A stretch of 64,000 nucleotides of DNA from Callorhinchus milii (lineage: Eukaryota). The DNA is taken from contig NW_024704743.1 in assembly GCF_018977255.1 (NCBI RefSeq), positions 34,226,001-34,290,000 of the forward strand, written 5' to 3'. Of the stretch, positions 1 through 12,239 are shown in pieces. The position numbers and the translations under genes were made by a program. Position 1 is the first letter of the stretch, and every line of letters begins with the position of its first letter. The notes below the pieces were generated by a model. It searched no databases. It was not told where the DNA came from and saw nothing but the letters and a program-made list of their open reading frames with translations.

Positions 1-150
1 CCTTGGCTGTTTGTGGGCATTGCTATGTGCAAATTGCTGCTGTGTTCGCCCACAGAATACACAGCTACACCATTTACAGTATATCCTGCAAAGCACTTAG
101 AGACATCTCATCAACATGGTAAGGTGCTATATCAAATGCAATGATTATTT
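1..150 (+). mobile_element. Deu-domain SINE, 3' fragment (old tier)
   Basis: Contains ggctgtttgtggg-cattgctatgtgcaaatt-gctgc (Deu 3' block) and the tail gctatatcaaatgcaatgattatt shared with other copies in the window. Confidence 0.8.
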
Positions 151-2173
151 TATTTGAATTGAAAAATGGGTCAAAAGTCACATATAGAAGATGGTAAAGA
201 TAGGACTGGTAAAGGAGAAATGGTCATGGTTTTTAAATGTCCCTGGGTTTTTATTTTCTCTCCACATTTCTTTGGGGCCTAATACTACATACAATTCACC
301 CAGTGAGAAAATAAACAGTCCAGGAAACCTGCCCTTGGGCCTTTCCAATGTGCCTTGTGACCAGGGAACTAGATGGCAGGGCTTTGACTCATCATCTGAT
401 TTCTTCATTCTACTGAGGAAGTGGTTCACTTCCACTCAGCGATTTCTCTCTCCCAGCTGCGTTCAGAAATTCATCATGTTGCTTAAGAGTACGTCACTGG
501 TGTTTCATTTTTCTTGTTCTTTATTTGAAATGATGAGACATGATCTAATACAGTCCATTAGAAAACATTAGTTATCCTTCCATTGCATCTAATCAAATCT
601 GCTTAACATTATAAATTTACCCATTGCATAACCTGAATTCACATTCTTCCTAGATGTACAAAATGTATGTTGGCAATTCATAGAATAGTAACTCAAGCAC
701 AGAAGGAGGACACTTGGCTCATTGAGCTACAGTTACTCTATTCCTAATTTTCTGCACTTTCCCCAGTACCTTTTTAAACTCTTCAAATTTGAATGACATG
801 AATAAAGATGTACAATCTGTGGAAAGCACTGGAGGCACATGGACACTATTCTACCATTATAAACATTTCTAAGTTTCCCATTCCAGAATTTTGTTAAGAA
901 TCGGCGAGACATTTCACTACAAAACTACAAGAACCTGTCAATGCAATCTAAATAAACACTTTGTATATAGCACATTGGAATAGTCAAGTTACAGAAGTTC
1001 AAATGATGACACTGAATATGTCTTACGAGCACTTTGACTACAAGGATTTCCAAACAATATGGTGAAATGGATATGGTGTAATATCTACACTTTATCATGT
1101 GCATTGAATATACTATGGTACTTAAACAGGAAAACACTCCCATTACTATTTATTATACTCTGCGCTGACTAAGCAGATACTTAAAAGCCATTACATCAAG
1201 CTCTTCATCTTGTTTGTGAGCTGCACACTGACATTTATTGTCATGACATCATCCTGCCTGCACAATAGTTAATTGCAGTCAAATAGGTGATTCCTGTGCC
1301 AACGGATTGAGTTGTTGAGGTCTTATAAATGGTTATGGATTTAAGACTATAAAGACGGTGGCCCTCACCTCTCGGCATGAAAAGTGGGCTGTGGTTTTGT
1401 TGAACATCGTTTCTGAATATCCAGAAATTTCTTTCATAGCCTGAAATTTATCATGTTTTTAGCCTTAAAATTGAAGATCTGTCAGAATTGTGGAAAATTC
1501 TTAAAGTTAGTCTTATTTTGGAAAAGGGGTTTTCGTAGTTCTTAACATACCTCTCCCACATCCCTTCTAGCACTCCTATGGATGTACAAGTACAGTCTAA
1601 TGTTTAAGGCTGACAATTTCCTGGTCTTTATGGCTCAGTGTATTTAACAACAACAACTTGTAGGGTAGCATCCTGGAGCGCTTCTGGAACACGGAGAAAG
1701 TAAAAGTAGTTTCAAGTTGGATCAGAGCACTGGAGGTTTTCTAATTTCATTTTCAATTATAGCAACATAAACTGCACTGTATGTACATGGCAGATGTAAT
1801 AAATAAAAATATTAATCCTCGCATTTGATATTGCGCCTTAACACATCGTTGAGACATCTCAAAGTGCTTCTAAGAATATATTGTAAAGTGGATTGACTAT
1901 ATTTTGTGGGTGAAACATGCAATGTAATGACAACTACGTGCACAATTTCTTTGTTTTGGTTTGGAAGATTTGAGAATTGGATCCTTGGAGAACTGAACTG
2001 AATCACTTCTAAAGTTCTCTTACAGATAATGCGATGAAATGCTGTATAATAAAACAAATGAGATATGGTTGTGAGGTTTTAGATTTTACTTTAATTGCAT
2101 TATGAAGCAAAGAATTACTTGTGCCATGTGAGTTTTATGCTATATATGGGGAGGACAGGATAGCTTGTCTCTT

Positions 2174-2414
2174 GAGGCACCACATATCTACCTCATTTTA
2201 GCATGTAAAATTAATTTTTTCTCTTAAAATTGAAAGTTGTCGAAAATTGTGGAAAATTCAAAAATTAAGGCTTAATTTTTTAGCTGCTTTTCCCTAATCA
2301 TTTGTAAAATTTTGGCTTCCAAATTAAGACACAATTTCAGAATTGTCTACAATTCTGCACAACTTAAAATTTTATGGCAAAGGTTTTTTGAGACGAGGTG
2401 GAATTTTGGGTCTC
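2174..2414. mobile_element. Degenerate palindromic MITE-like element
   Basis: aagttgtcgaaaattgtggaaaattc is the near reverse complement of gaattgtctacaattctgcacaactt. The end gaggtggaattttgggtctc resembles the ends of the 46284-46500 copy. Confidence 0.6.
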
Positions 2415-2531
2415 TGTTCACTCGCATTCAAAGAGCAAATTCCCCCAAGATAATGGAAATAACAGTTATATGTATACTCAGTCAAACAAACAGTAAAATA
2501 CACAGACTGAAACAGAAATACACACTCAAAC

Positions 2532-2836
2532 GAGTGCTGTAGCTCAGTGGATAGAGCACTGGCCTTGCAAGCAAGACCTGGGTTCGTTAGCTGGCCGGTC
2601 GAAACCTTGGGCAAGTTTCCTTACTCCACACACCTGGTAATAATCCCTCAAGAAAAAAAATAATAAATTGGTCACTTCAACTCATGACTGTTTGTGGGAC
2701 ACTGTTGTGCGCAATGGGCTACTGCGTTTTGCCCACAAATATACAGTCAATTCACTTTACAGTATATTGTGTGAGGCGCTTTGAGACGTCTAGAAGACAT
2801 GAAAAGCCCTATATCAAATGCAAGGATTATTATATT
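2532..2836 (+). mobile_element. tRNA(Ala)-headed SINE, full length, short (young-type) architecture
   Basis: Head gagtgctgtagctcagtgg (A box) and ggttcg (B box), Deu 3' block, L2-type tail and (tta)n. Flanked by tacacactcaaac / tacatacttaaac, a degenerate 13-bp TSD. Confidence 0.9.
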
Positions 2837-4494
2837 ACATACTTAAACAGTGACATAACAACAAACATAACCGTCTGAAAAATGCCATGTGACACAAAAG
2901 TTTTATCATTGACTGCTGACTCATTGAAACCAAAACAATTGAGGAAGTGACATCAGTGGTAATGAATAGCGATAAAACAAAGTGGATGAGGCAGTTCATT
3001 GTGCTAACGGTTGCCATGCAATTCAAGCCAAATGTAGAACAATGCTATACATGGTTACTTTGTGTTTAATGCATTCAAATATTGCCTCTTGGATTTCAGA
3101 AAGAATCTTGCGTGTGTAGTAATGCCCTGAATTTTGGGTACTGTGCACGATCTTAGTCTGGAAACCGATGGCTTGAAATGCAGCCAGTAGCTATGTTGCA
3201 GCAAATGCATATGGAATGTAGTTTCCTGGATGGATGTATTTACAATGTGCAATCAGCAGGATGGGTATGGATAAGTCCACCAAGCTCTACAGCTGGAAAT
3301 CACTGACTTGTCAAATCGCCTACACATTGATACTAGCACTCTGAGACGCTGCCTTGCGTGAATGCAAGTTGTTGTAGTATAGAACCAATCATCTACTTAA
3401 GCCAAACAGCAACAGGTGTACTAGTTACTATGCCTAAGCCTTTTATGTCTGCCTCTTCCCCTTTTATAGTTGAATACTCAGTCTAGACTGTGAGCGCAAA
3501 TTTCTGAAGTTTGTCCTGAGACTTGAACTCATAACCTTCTGACTCAGAAATGAGTACGGTACTACCAACTGAACCAGGTTGTTAATAAGGATAGTATGTT
3601 TTTTTGTCAGAATATCACAGTTCAGAGATTGCTGGTGTTCAGTCATTATACTCACCATCAAACTACAACTCACTGTTTTATGAACTGAATGGAGAAAGCA
3701 TCAGAACGCAAAGAGTTATTTACCGTAAAATTGCAATGACACTGTTCACAATTACAGCAGTAATTGAGATGTTGACTGCCAGAAGCTACTTGAAACGAGC
3801 ATTTGATGGAATGCAAAGCCTTCCTGTCTCTGTGGAGTTTCAACCAGTTTTGAAACATTTTTTCCTTTTTACAATTGACCTCCTGCAAGTCATCCTAACC
3901 TCATTGGGTGGAACTGGATACGCACAATCCTCAGGAGGAACTAAACTTGCATCCCTCCCCCACCATCCCCACACGCACACTATCCTCATGGCTCAAGAAA
4001 GTTTTGACTGATGCAGTGGCCTTTTTAAAAAAACATTGTTTCTCGGGATATCTTACAAACTTCCATTCTATGCAACACCCACATGACAAATATTCTTTTC
4101 GTGAAGAAATCTAGGATTATCTGATCTCTAATCTCAGGGCATTAGAGTGGGATGGGGGGGGAGGTCACCGTTGAGTTCACCTCAATGCGTTTGGATACTA
4201 AGAAGGAAAAACAATTGCTGTTTAGTGACCTCTGTTATAAAATCTGTACCTGTCCAGGACATATTCCATCCTGACCACATACCGTTTCCTCATTTGAATA
4301 CCCAAGAATCATCACTTTGATAAGTAAGGGACAACCTGTACTCTTAAAGGATAATCTGTGCTCATAGAACCATAACATAGAATGAGTCAAAGTCTTCCGG
4401 CCAGCAGAAGGGAAAAGAGGGATAAGAAACGATGTGTGACCTTCTTGGCATCAAGTCTATCGTTGGTACTCTTCCACTGGAGCTAACTAATCTA

Positions 4495-4790
4495 GGGTGT
4501 CAGCTTGACTTCGTTTTTGAGTCAGAAGATCACAATTTAAGTACCACAATAGAACCTTCAGCTCATGGTCAAAGGTGAGATGTTAAATCGAGGTCCTGTC
4601 TGCCTATTCAGTGTGTGTGGGGGGGGAAGAGTTAAAGTCCTGGACCCGGTCAAAAATCCCCAGATGAAAAATTGGTCCCTCACTTAATTGCTGTTTGTTG
4701 GTCATTGTTGTCTGCCACATTTACCTACAAAAAACAAAGTAACTACTACACTTTAGAGAAAAACATATGCTACACCAAATGTAAGAATTG
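4495..4790 (+). mobile_element. Old Deu-domain SINE (SacSINE1/AmnSINE-like), decayed
   Basis: tgagtcagaag head remnant and gagatgttaaatcgaggtcctgtctgcc Deu motif, also present at 17745, 21880 and 34693. Confidence 0.65.
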
Positions 4791-5429
4791 TTATCACCCC
4801 AAATCCCTGCTCTTTTCCCATACCTTATCAGAGTGTTCTTCTTCAAATATCTGTGCTTGTAAGTTCCCTTATAATTGCTGTTTAGCTCCTAGTTTCAATA
4901 GACATTTGTGACAGAATATTAGATGTTCTGATAATCTCTGACATACATGGGTATATTACTGACCAATATATATCACAAATGTTGTACATTTAAACTGTTT
5001 GTCAGCGTCCAATATATCAGCCAGTTTGAAATTAACCTGTCCTGGATTACAAAGAGTTTTCTAAACCCTCCTTACAATAGTCATTTGATGCAATCATTCA
5101 TGCTAAAGCCAATTGTAACACTGGCGCTGAGGCGATGTGTTTTCTCTTTCAGTTTCTGTCCCAGTTTACTGCTCAGATTTTAACCTATAGACTTCAGCTT
5201 TCATCAGTAATTTTGTTCTTGTTAGCTTTTCTAAAAAGAAACTTCTGAATCTGTCTAGATAATTAATGTAGGTGTATCTCCTACATGAACAGTACTCTGT
5301 TGACTACTCTGCACTGAAATATAGGAATAAATTACTGGGCTTTTGGAACACATTATTCTGCACTATGAAATGCACCAGATTTCTTACCATCTGATAATTC
5401 TCACCAGGCTGCTGTCAGAGGTGACACCC

Positions 5430-5700
5430 TTTGGATCAGTTGTTAACCAAGGCCCTGTCCGCTTGTTTAGGAAGGTGACACTATTCGAGAAGAGAAGAGA
5501 ATTACTTCCAGTAATCTGGCCAGCAATCTTCCAGATTATTATTCACTTCAAAGCTCTTTTGGGGGACATTATTTTGTGCAAATTGACTGCCACTTTTGCC
5601 TACAAACACAGTCACTACAATTTACAGCAATTACCTGTGAAGTAGCTTGAGACATTTTGACAATATAGGTGTTATATCAATTGCAAGGATTATGCTTATA
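5430..5700 (+). mobile_element. Old Deu-domain SINE fragment
   Basis: gttaaccaaggccctgtc...gtgcaaattgactgcc...tatatcaattgcaaggattat. Confidence 0.65.
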
Positions 5701-7824
5701 TTTAATATTTAGTCTTCAGTTGGAATCTTAGCAGGCTCTAAACGTAATTCCTTTGGACCAGTTCACTCGATAGGACTGACAGATTTTTTTCAAACTAAAA
5801 CTTAACATGACACACATTGCGGTACCCATATTTTAATCAGTTCAATCTATCTTTGTGATTTATAAAGCAAGATGTTTGTGGTCACACATTGGAAGACTGT
5901 ATTTGGAAGCTCGCCAAAAAGCACACCAAAAAGTTAAAGAAAGTTTTTGTTTTTCATTTTCTCTCCTCCCCTCCTTATATTGTTCTGTGTGCTTCATTGC
6001 AATGTTGTGCTATAAACTACGTGCAGCATGGGTGACTTGGAAGAAGGCACAAAAGCACTAGCTGGGAATTGGAATAACCCTGTCATTAACCCATTATCCA
6101 AACCTAGCACCAATACGTTCAGACTTGGTCAAATGTCTAACACCAAGTCCATTCTAAACATCCTTTTCTAAACAATTATTTTTAAAAAAAAATTAAAATA
6201 AAATCAAACTTGAGATTTGTTAAAGCTCAAATCAGGATGAGACCTCAAAAGTCTTCACTACAAAAACAATTACTTGGGTTTATTTATATAGCGCCCTTCA
6301 CATGGGGTAGTGTCTCGGAGTGCTGAACTTGTTTTGTTCAAGAGACAGAATTGCACTTTTAGATTGCAATGAGACCCGGAATAGGCTGACCGCACTGCAA
6401 TGCCCTAAAATAATTGAACATTCTGGTTTAGGGTAGCATTCATCTCCATGTAAAACCTCAGGCTGATATCTGTGTAACACAGCAAGCAGAGGGGTAAAAA
6501 AACACTGGACATCTCCATGACTCTTGGAAGATGGGTAAACCCAAAACAAAAAAGCACTGATGGAATATTGCCCCAGCAAGCCATTCTTCCTGAGAAAAGT
6601 GGTACAATGCGCACGCTACAAGAGAATTAGACAAAAAGCAAGCTCCTGCTGAAACAATTAAAGCATAAACTTTATGAGGACAAAATACCTTAGAACCAGA
6701 AGATAATTAACGTAACTTTGTTATTTGTAGGAATGTTAACTACCCCATGTGAGATGGGTATGAATATCCGAGACTGTACAGTAACTCACATGTGTTTGGA
6801 CAAACTACATCTTATTTGTGTAATGCAAACCACAATGCAAACATCCAGCAATACGTCCAATACATTATTATTTGTTGTACTTCATCTTGAATCATAATCA
6901 TAGAATTGTACATGAGCAACAACTTGCATTCATATAGCGTCATTCGTGTAGGATAATGGCTTGGACATTTCACAAATGTCGGGTATATAAATAGAGTGTA
7001 TTTAAAGAGAGATAGGGAGGGGGTGAGTGAGCAGTGAGATGGAGGGGTGAGACGGAACGAGTTCCAGAGGTTAGGGGCATAGAAGCTGAAAGCACTCAGA
7101 GACTGTACCCCTCATGAAGGATGCTAGATAAATACAAATTATTATTGTTGGTGTTAAAAGATCAGGCAACAATAATGGTGTTCATGGGCCAAGCACAGAG
7201 CATAGAGGGTGAGCAGGGGAATGGGTAGAAGATTAGTAAGAAAGGGACCCATCATTTGACCCATCATGTCTTTGCCAGTGTTCTGAAAGAATGATACATT
7301 TAGTCACGCTCTCCTACCCTTTCCCCTCCTTTAATATTTTTATTTTACAAAAAAAGTGTACAATTCTCTTTCAAAAGCGTTCATGGATTGTGCTTCCAAC
7401 CACTGATTTTCATAGGCCTTTCCAACCCTGAATAACCCTGTGTAGGTAAAAAAAAACAGTTCCCTTCATTTTCGGCAATGATCTTAAATTTATGCCCTCT
7501 GGTTATCGATTCACTAGTTTTAGATTGCACAGGGAGTGATGTATTGCACAGGTGCAGCGACAGCACTAAGGTATGTAAGCATACTAATCTGACCTGGTTA
7601 AATCTTAGGTGTGCCGTTTGGAGTAAACTTCAAGTGGGCTGTTGACGTTTTTCATTGTGAGAACAACTAGAAGAGTGGTACATCACTTTTCATAAGGTTA
7701 TTGCATTGTGATGCTTCTACTGCGCTCATCTCTTTTGACACAAATTTGGTTGATTTACAACAGGTGGTGACAGATATTGGAGAGAAAAATTACGATCTGC
7801 CAAAACAGTTTCAATGACGATGAC

Positions 7825-8825
7825 AATAATAACTTGCATTTATATACAACAACAACTTGGTACCCTCCACACCAGACAGCGCCTCAGAGTGCTTCACAGT
7901 AACGCATCCTGGGGCCGAGCCAGTGGGGGGGGGGGGGGGGGTAAAAAGGTGACCAAAAGCGCAGTCGAAAAGAAAGGTCTTCTGCCGAGATCTGAAAATA
8001 GGAAGAGAGGGCGTGAGGTGAAGGGAGAGAGGAAGGCAGTTCCAGAGCCTCGGGGCATAGTGGCTGAAGGCATGGCCGCCGATGGTGGAACAGAGGATTC
8101 GGGAGACAAGGAGGAGGCCAGACCCAGAGGAACGAAGGCAACGGGTACTGTTTTGAGGAGAGAGGAGGTCAGAGAGGTAGGGGGGTGCAGAGGAGTGGAG
8201 GGATTTGAAGACAAGAGTGAGGATCTTGAAGTTGATCCTCTCTGGGATAGGCAGCCAATGCATCCTGGCAAGGATTGGGGTAATCATGGACCGGAGTTTG
8301 GTGTGGATGAGAATGCAGGTGGTAGAGTTCTGGATGACCTGGATTTTATGAATGGTAATGGAGGGGAGACCGGCGAGGAGGGTATTTGAATAGTCCAGCC
8401 GAGAGGTGACAAAGGTATTGACCAGAATTTCTGCGGCTTTTGGGGTGAGGTATTGGCGGAGACAGACGATGAGTCGGAGGTGGAAGAAAGCGGTGCTGGT
8501 GAGGGACTGGATGTGGGGGAGGAAGGATAATTGGGGGTCGAACCTGACGCCTAGGTTGCGTACGGGTTCAGAGAGTTTTAGGGGAAGGTCGGGTAGGTGG
8601 AGGAGGTGAGAACTATGCGATGTAAGACGTTGATGAGAGCCATAGAGTATGGCTTTCATCTTATGAACATTTAGCCGAAGGAAATTCACACTCATCCAGC
8701 TCCCGATGTCTGACAGGCAGGCTGACAGAACATCAGGGGACTGGGGGTTGCAATGTGAGGTGGAAAAATAGAGTTGGGTGTCGAGGCGCCCTTATAGTGC
8801 CCTTCACACTGGACGGTGTCTCTGG
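7825..8825 (-). mobile_element. L2 LINE 3' fragment (ORF2 C-terminus), second L2 lineage, apparently inserted in an older L2 tail
   Basis: ORF 7811-8695 has NFLRLN, RNLGVRFD, SRLDYSN and HWLP motifs, with DTQLY just upstream. Tail halves aacttgcatttatata (7831) and tatagtgcccttcacac (8792) flank the insert. Confidence 0.9.
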
Positions 8826-9829
8826 GGAGGGAATGCTCCCTTAGCATTCATCTTAGATGAACTCATGCTCACTCTTTCCTCTAGTGACGCACAGAATTGT
8901 GTAAAAAGAGTTACAATATCTCAGTGGATCTTGCTCCAGTGCTACTGCAACAGGAAGTCACAAAGCTAGTTTGCTTCTGCATAAGTATGTGGTGACAATA
9001 TTAAGCCAGGCAGTCTTTCAAAGTGGTGCAATCTACAGGCGCAGACTGAAGCGAACGGCTTCCTTTGGTAGTGGGGAGAAGTGTCATTGCAATCAATGGG
9101 TGATCCAAATGGATTAATTCTATTGAAGAACCCTTTGAAGATAAACAACAAAACCTTGCATTTATATAGTACCCTTCAAGCAGGGCATCACCTCGGAGCG
9201 CATCAATCTGTCAGCAGTGATCCCCCCCCCCACTCTCTCCCAACCAGAATGTCAAACAGGTGTGAGAAAGATGTGAGACATCATATTATCAGTGGCTGAA
9301 ACTTTCAAGAAGAGACAAGCAACCTGTGAGGAAGACATTAGACAAGACCTCCCATGTCTGTCAGAGGGTTCTGAGGTTGGATACAGTCTGACAGAACCTG
9401 CTCTCCTCCGCCTGGGCAGAGGGCACAGTTGTCAACCTCACCACCTTCCAGCAACTGCTTCCCAGCCTGAGGGACTGACGAGAGTCTGCTCTTCTTGGTT
9501 GTGCAATCCATCATTCAGTCACTAGTCACCCATTTGTTCCTGTGTTGTCAAGTATGATGTAGAATCCTGGTGACAGCATGCCTCTTTGAATGCAGTGTGA
9601 TGCAGCCAGAGTAGTTGTCTAGTATTCCTACACACCAGAGAAGTCACTTCATTGGGCACTGCGAGTTGACGGTTTCTGGGGAGCTGAGCTGATTTATTTT
9701 GATTCTTTGTTAACAAGTAGCTCAAGCAAAGATTCACTGAATTGATCGTGCATTCTGCAAGATAAGCCTAGTGAATCCTCGTCGACTACCTGAAATGTTA
9801 ATGAGGTTGCACCCCTGAAAGTGCAATAA

Positions 9830-10030
9830 AAATAATAATAATTCTTGCATTTGATAGAGCGCCTTATCATGCCATTGAGGCGGCTCAAAGTGTATTGAAT
9901 GTACAGAATGTATTGTAAAGTGGCAGAAACTGTTTATTTTGTGGGAGAAACACGGAGCCAATTGCCCACAGAAATGTCCCACAAACAGACATGGATTGAG
10001 CGACCAAATTATTATTATTATTATTTTTTT
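9830..10030 (-). mobile_element. SINE 3' half
   Basis: (aat)n-cttgcatttgata tail plus aatgtcccacaaacag Deu block. Confidence 0.8.
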
Positions 10031-10530
10031 GAAAAGATCCAAAGTCACAGTGCACTTTAGCGATGCTATCTGGGTACTGCTCGTAAAAGCACCAAACTGC
10101 CCGTGCAGAGAATATTGCTGAAGGCTCATGTGTTAAGATACGCACAGAACAAGTGAGGTTAGCAGCGCAGTGCCCAAGTGACATCATTGGAATGTCAGTC
10201 AGGTATCTGGGCGGCAGGTAATCTCAGCCAAACAGCCTCATGCTTCCCTGAGTTGACAGCAGTAGCTGACTGAAGGGGAGGAGCATTCACATCTGTCAAA
10301 CAATTAAGCTAACAGAGTGCGATGCAGGAAGGTAGGTTAATTTCGCTTGAGCCTGAAATTGTCAGGTAGTTTAATGGTTCAATGTCCATACTGCACAACC
10401 ACAGTGTAAGTAAGATCATTCCAGTTTTAATTACTCTGAATTTCATTTTTGGTAATAACTAAATGAACGTGAATGTTTACTTGTCAAAACTCAAGAGTTC
10501 TTTTGTGTTGCCTGATTGATTTGCTTATCT

Positions 10531-10845
10531 ATAATAATAATAATCCTTGCATTTGATATAGTGCTTTGCACGTCTTCTAGATGTCCCAAAGCGCTTCACA
10601 GAATATACTGTAAAGTGAATTGACTGTATATTTGTGGGCGAACGCAGCAGCCAATTGCACACAGCAATGTCCCACAAACAGTCGTAGATTGAAAATGACC
10701 AATTTTTTTTTTTTTTTTTGGAGGGATTATTATTAGACGTGTGGAGTAAGGAAACTTGCCCAAGGTTTCGCCCTGACCTGCCTGGAATTGAACTCAGGTC
10801 TCTCGCTTGCAAAGCGAGTGCTCTAACCACTGAGCTACAGGATTC
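10531..10845 (-). mobile_element. tRNA(Ala)-headed SINE, full length (young tier)
   Basis: Closely matches the 51069-51390 copy in reverse. Anticodon arm ctcgc-tttgcaa-gcgag, A and B boxes, (tta)n tail. Confidence 0.95.
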
Positions 10846-11694
10846 CGAGCTCCTGAGCTCCAATAAAGGTTGTTGCAGAGGGAGCTCTTCTCCCCAGCTA
10901 CTGTGTGAGTGTGGAGATTAAACAAAGTTCCTGTATTTGTGATGGTCTGTCCCATGATTTTACGAAAAGATCAGTATTCAGTAAGTAAATGTCAAATACT
11001 TCTAACCTGCAACGTTTTATTGTTACACAAGCTATCGTCATACAAGTCAATCAGACATCACAAGAGTGATTGATTTAAACGTAAAGTGCTCCCTGTTTGA
11101 CCAGACAGCGTTGCAGCTCTTGATATATATAATAGAAGTGTACTTTGTTCTCGGGGCTTGGTGGTGTAACACCTTTCAAGTGCTCTGGGACGCTACCCTG
11201 AGTGAGCAGCGCTATGGAAATGCAAATAGTTGTAACAAGCTGCGTACCCAATACGCCTTAGATTTGGGCCCTCAATAACCTGCATGGTGAGTTCCTGATC
11301 TTGGCCATGGAGTGACAGGCTGGGCAGGAGTTGTCTGTCAGGGAGGGAACATCAGTCAGTAGGTGATTACAGACTCACATAAGAGAATTGGAGGTGGGTG
11401 ACCTCCTGGAACTCTACATCAGATGATGTTTCATGACAGAGTGGATGTAAGTATGAGTGTGTGTGGGGGGGGGGGGGGGGGGGCGAGGGGGAGATAAATA
11501 ACAGAACAAAAAATGAATGTACAGGTCTTTACAAGTGAAACGAGAAAAGTAATTAACAACTTTGTAAATATGTATTCTATTTATAAATATATATTGACAA
11601 AAAACTGAAAAGATATGAGCAAAGTTATCCATTAACGGCTTCTTATTTGCTTGTAATGTTGGATCGTGATGACTGAAAGAATACAGTAAGTCAA

Positions 11695-11910
11695 GTGTAT
11701 GTATGTGTATACAATATACGTGTGTGTATGTATGTGTATACACTGCGTGTGTATGTGCGTGCGTGCATGAACCTATGTAATGATGTGCGTGTATGTGTGT
11801 GCCTGTATTCATGTGTATGTATACTGTATGTGAGTATATATGTATGCGTGAATGTGAATATAATGTTTATTTATTTGTGTGTGTGTGCATTTAGGTGTGA
11901 ATGCATGCAT
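11695..11910. repeat. Degenerate (TG/TA)n low-complexity tract
   Basis: Alternating gtgtatgtatgtgtat pattern; accounts for the HT-rich and VC-rich ORFs. Confidence 0.9.
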
Positions 11911-11981
11911 AGGGGGGAAAATGTACAGAATGCAATGTGATCACATATCACTTGTAATACTTCCATGCTATCAGACAGAGC

Positions 11982-12239
11982 CATTGGGTATGAAAGCAAT
12001 TTGTAGCTGTGGCAGAGGCAGGCAGGATTTTCTACCACACTGAATCCAGCACAGTATTCCAGGACTGCAGGGGTTTAGGTTCAAAGTCTGATATCATTAT
12101 GGTTTAAACTCAGTGACATTGGGTATGAAAGCAATTTGTAGCTGTGGCAGAGGCAGGCAGGATTTTCTACCACACTGAATCCAGCACAGTATTCCAGGAC
12201 TGCAGGGGTTTAGGTTCAAAGTCTGATATCATTATGGTT
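11982..12239 (+). repeat. Perfect 123-bp tandem duplication with 12-nt spacer
   Basis: 11982-12104 is identical to 12117-12239; spacer taaactcagtga. Confidence 0.95.

Noticed and set aside
2684..2878. Recurrent peptide [16 protein letters not shown] suggesting a gene family
   Set aside because: It is the translation of the SINE 3' region, repeated wherever the SINE occurs.
7814..8389. Gly/Glu-rich 191-aa ORF and similar ORFs
   Set aside because: These are antisense or shifted frames of L2 sequence.
9694..9790. Possible minus-strand terminal exon VVDEDSLGLSCRMHDQFSESLLELLVNKESK
   Set aside because: Modest acceptor and an unrecognised peptide; cannot be told apart from chance.
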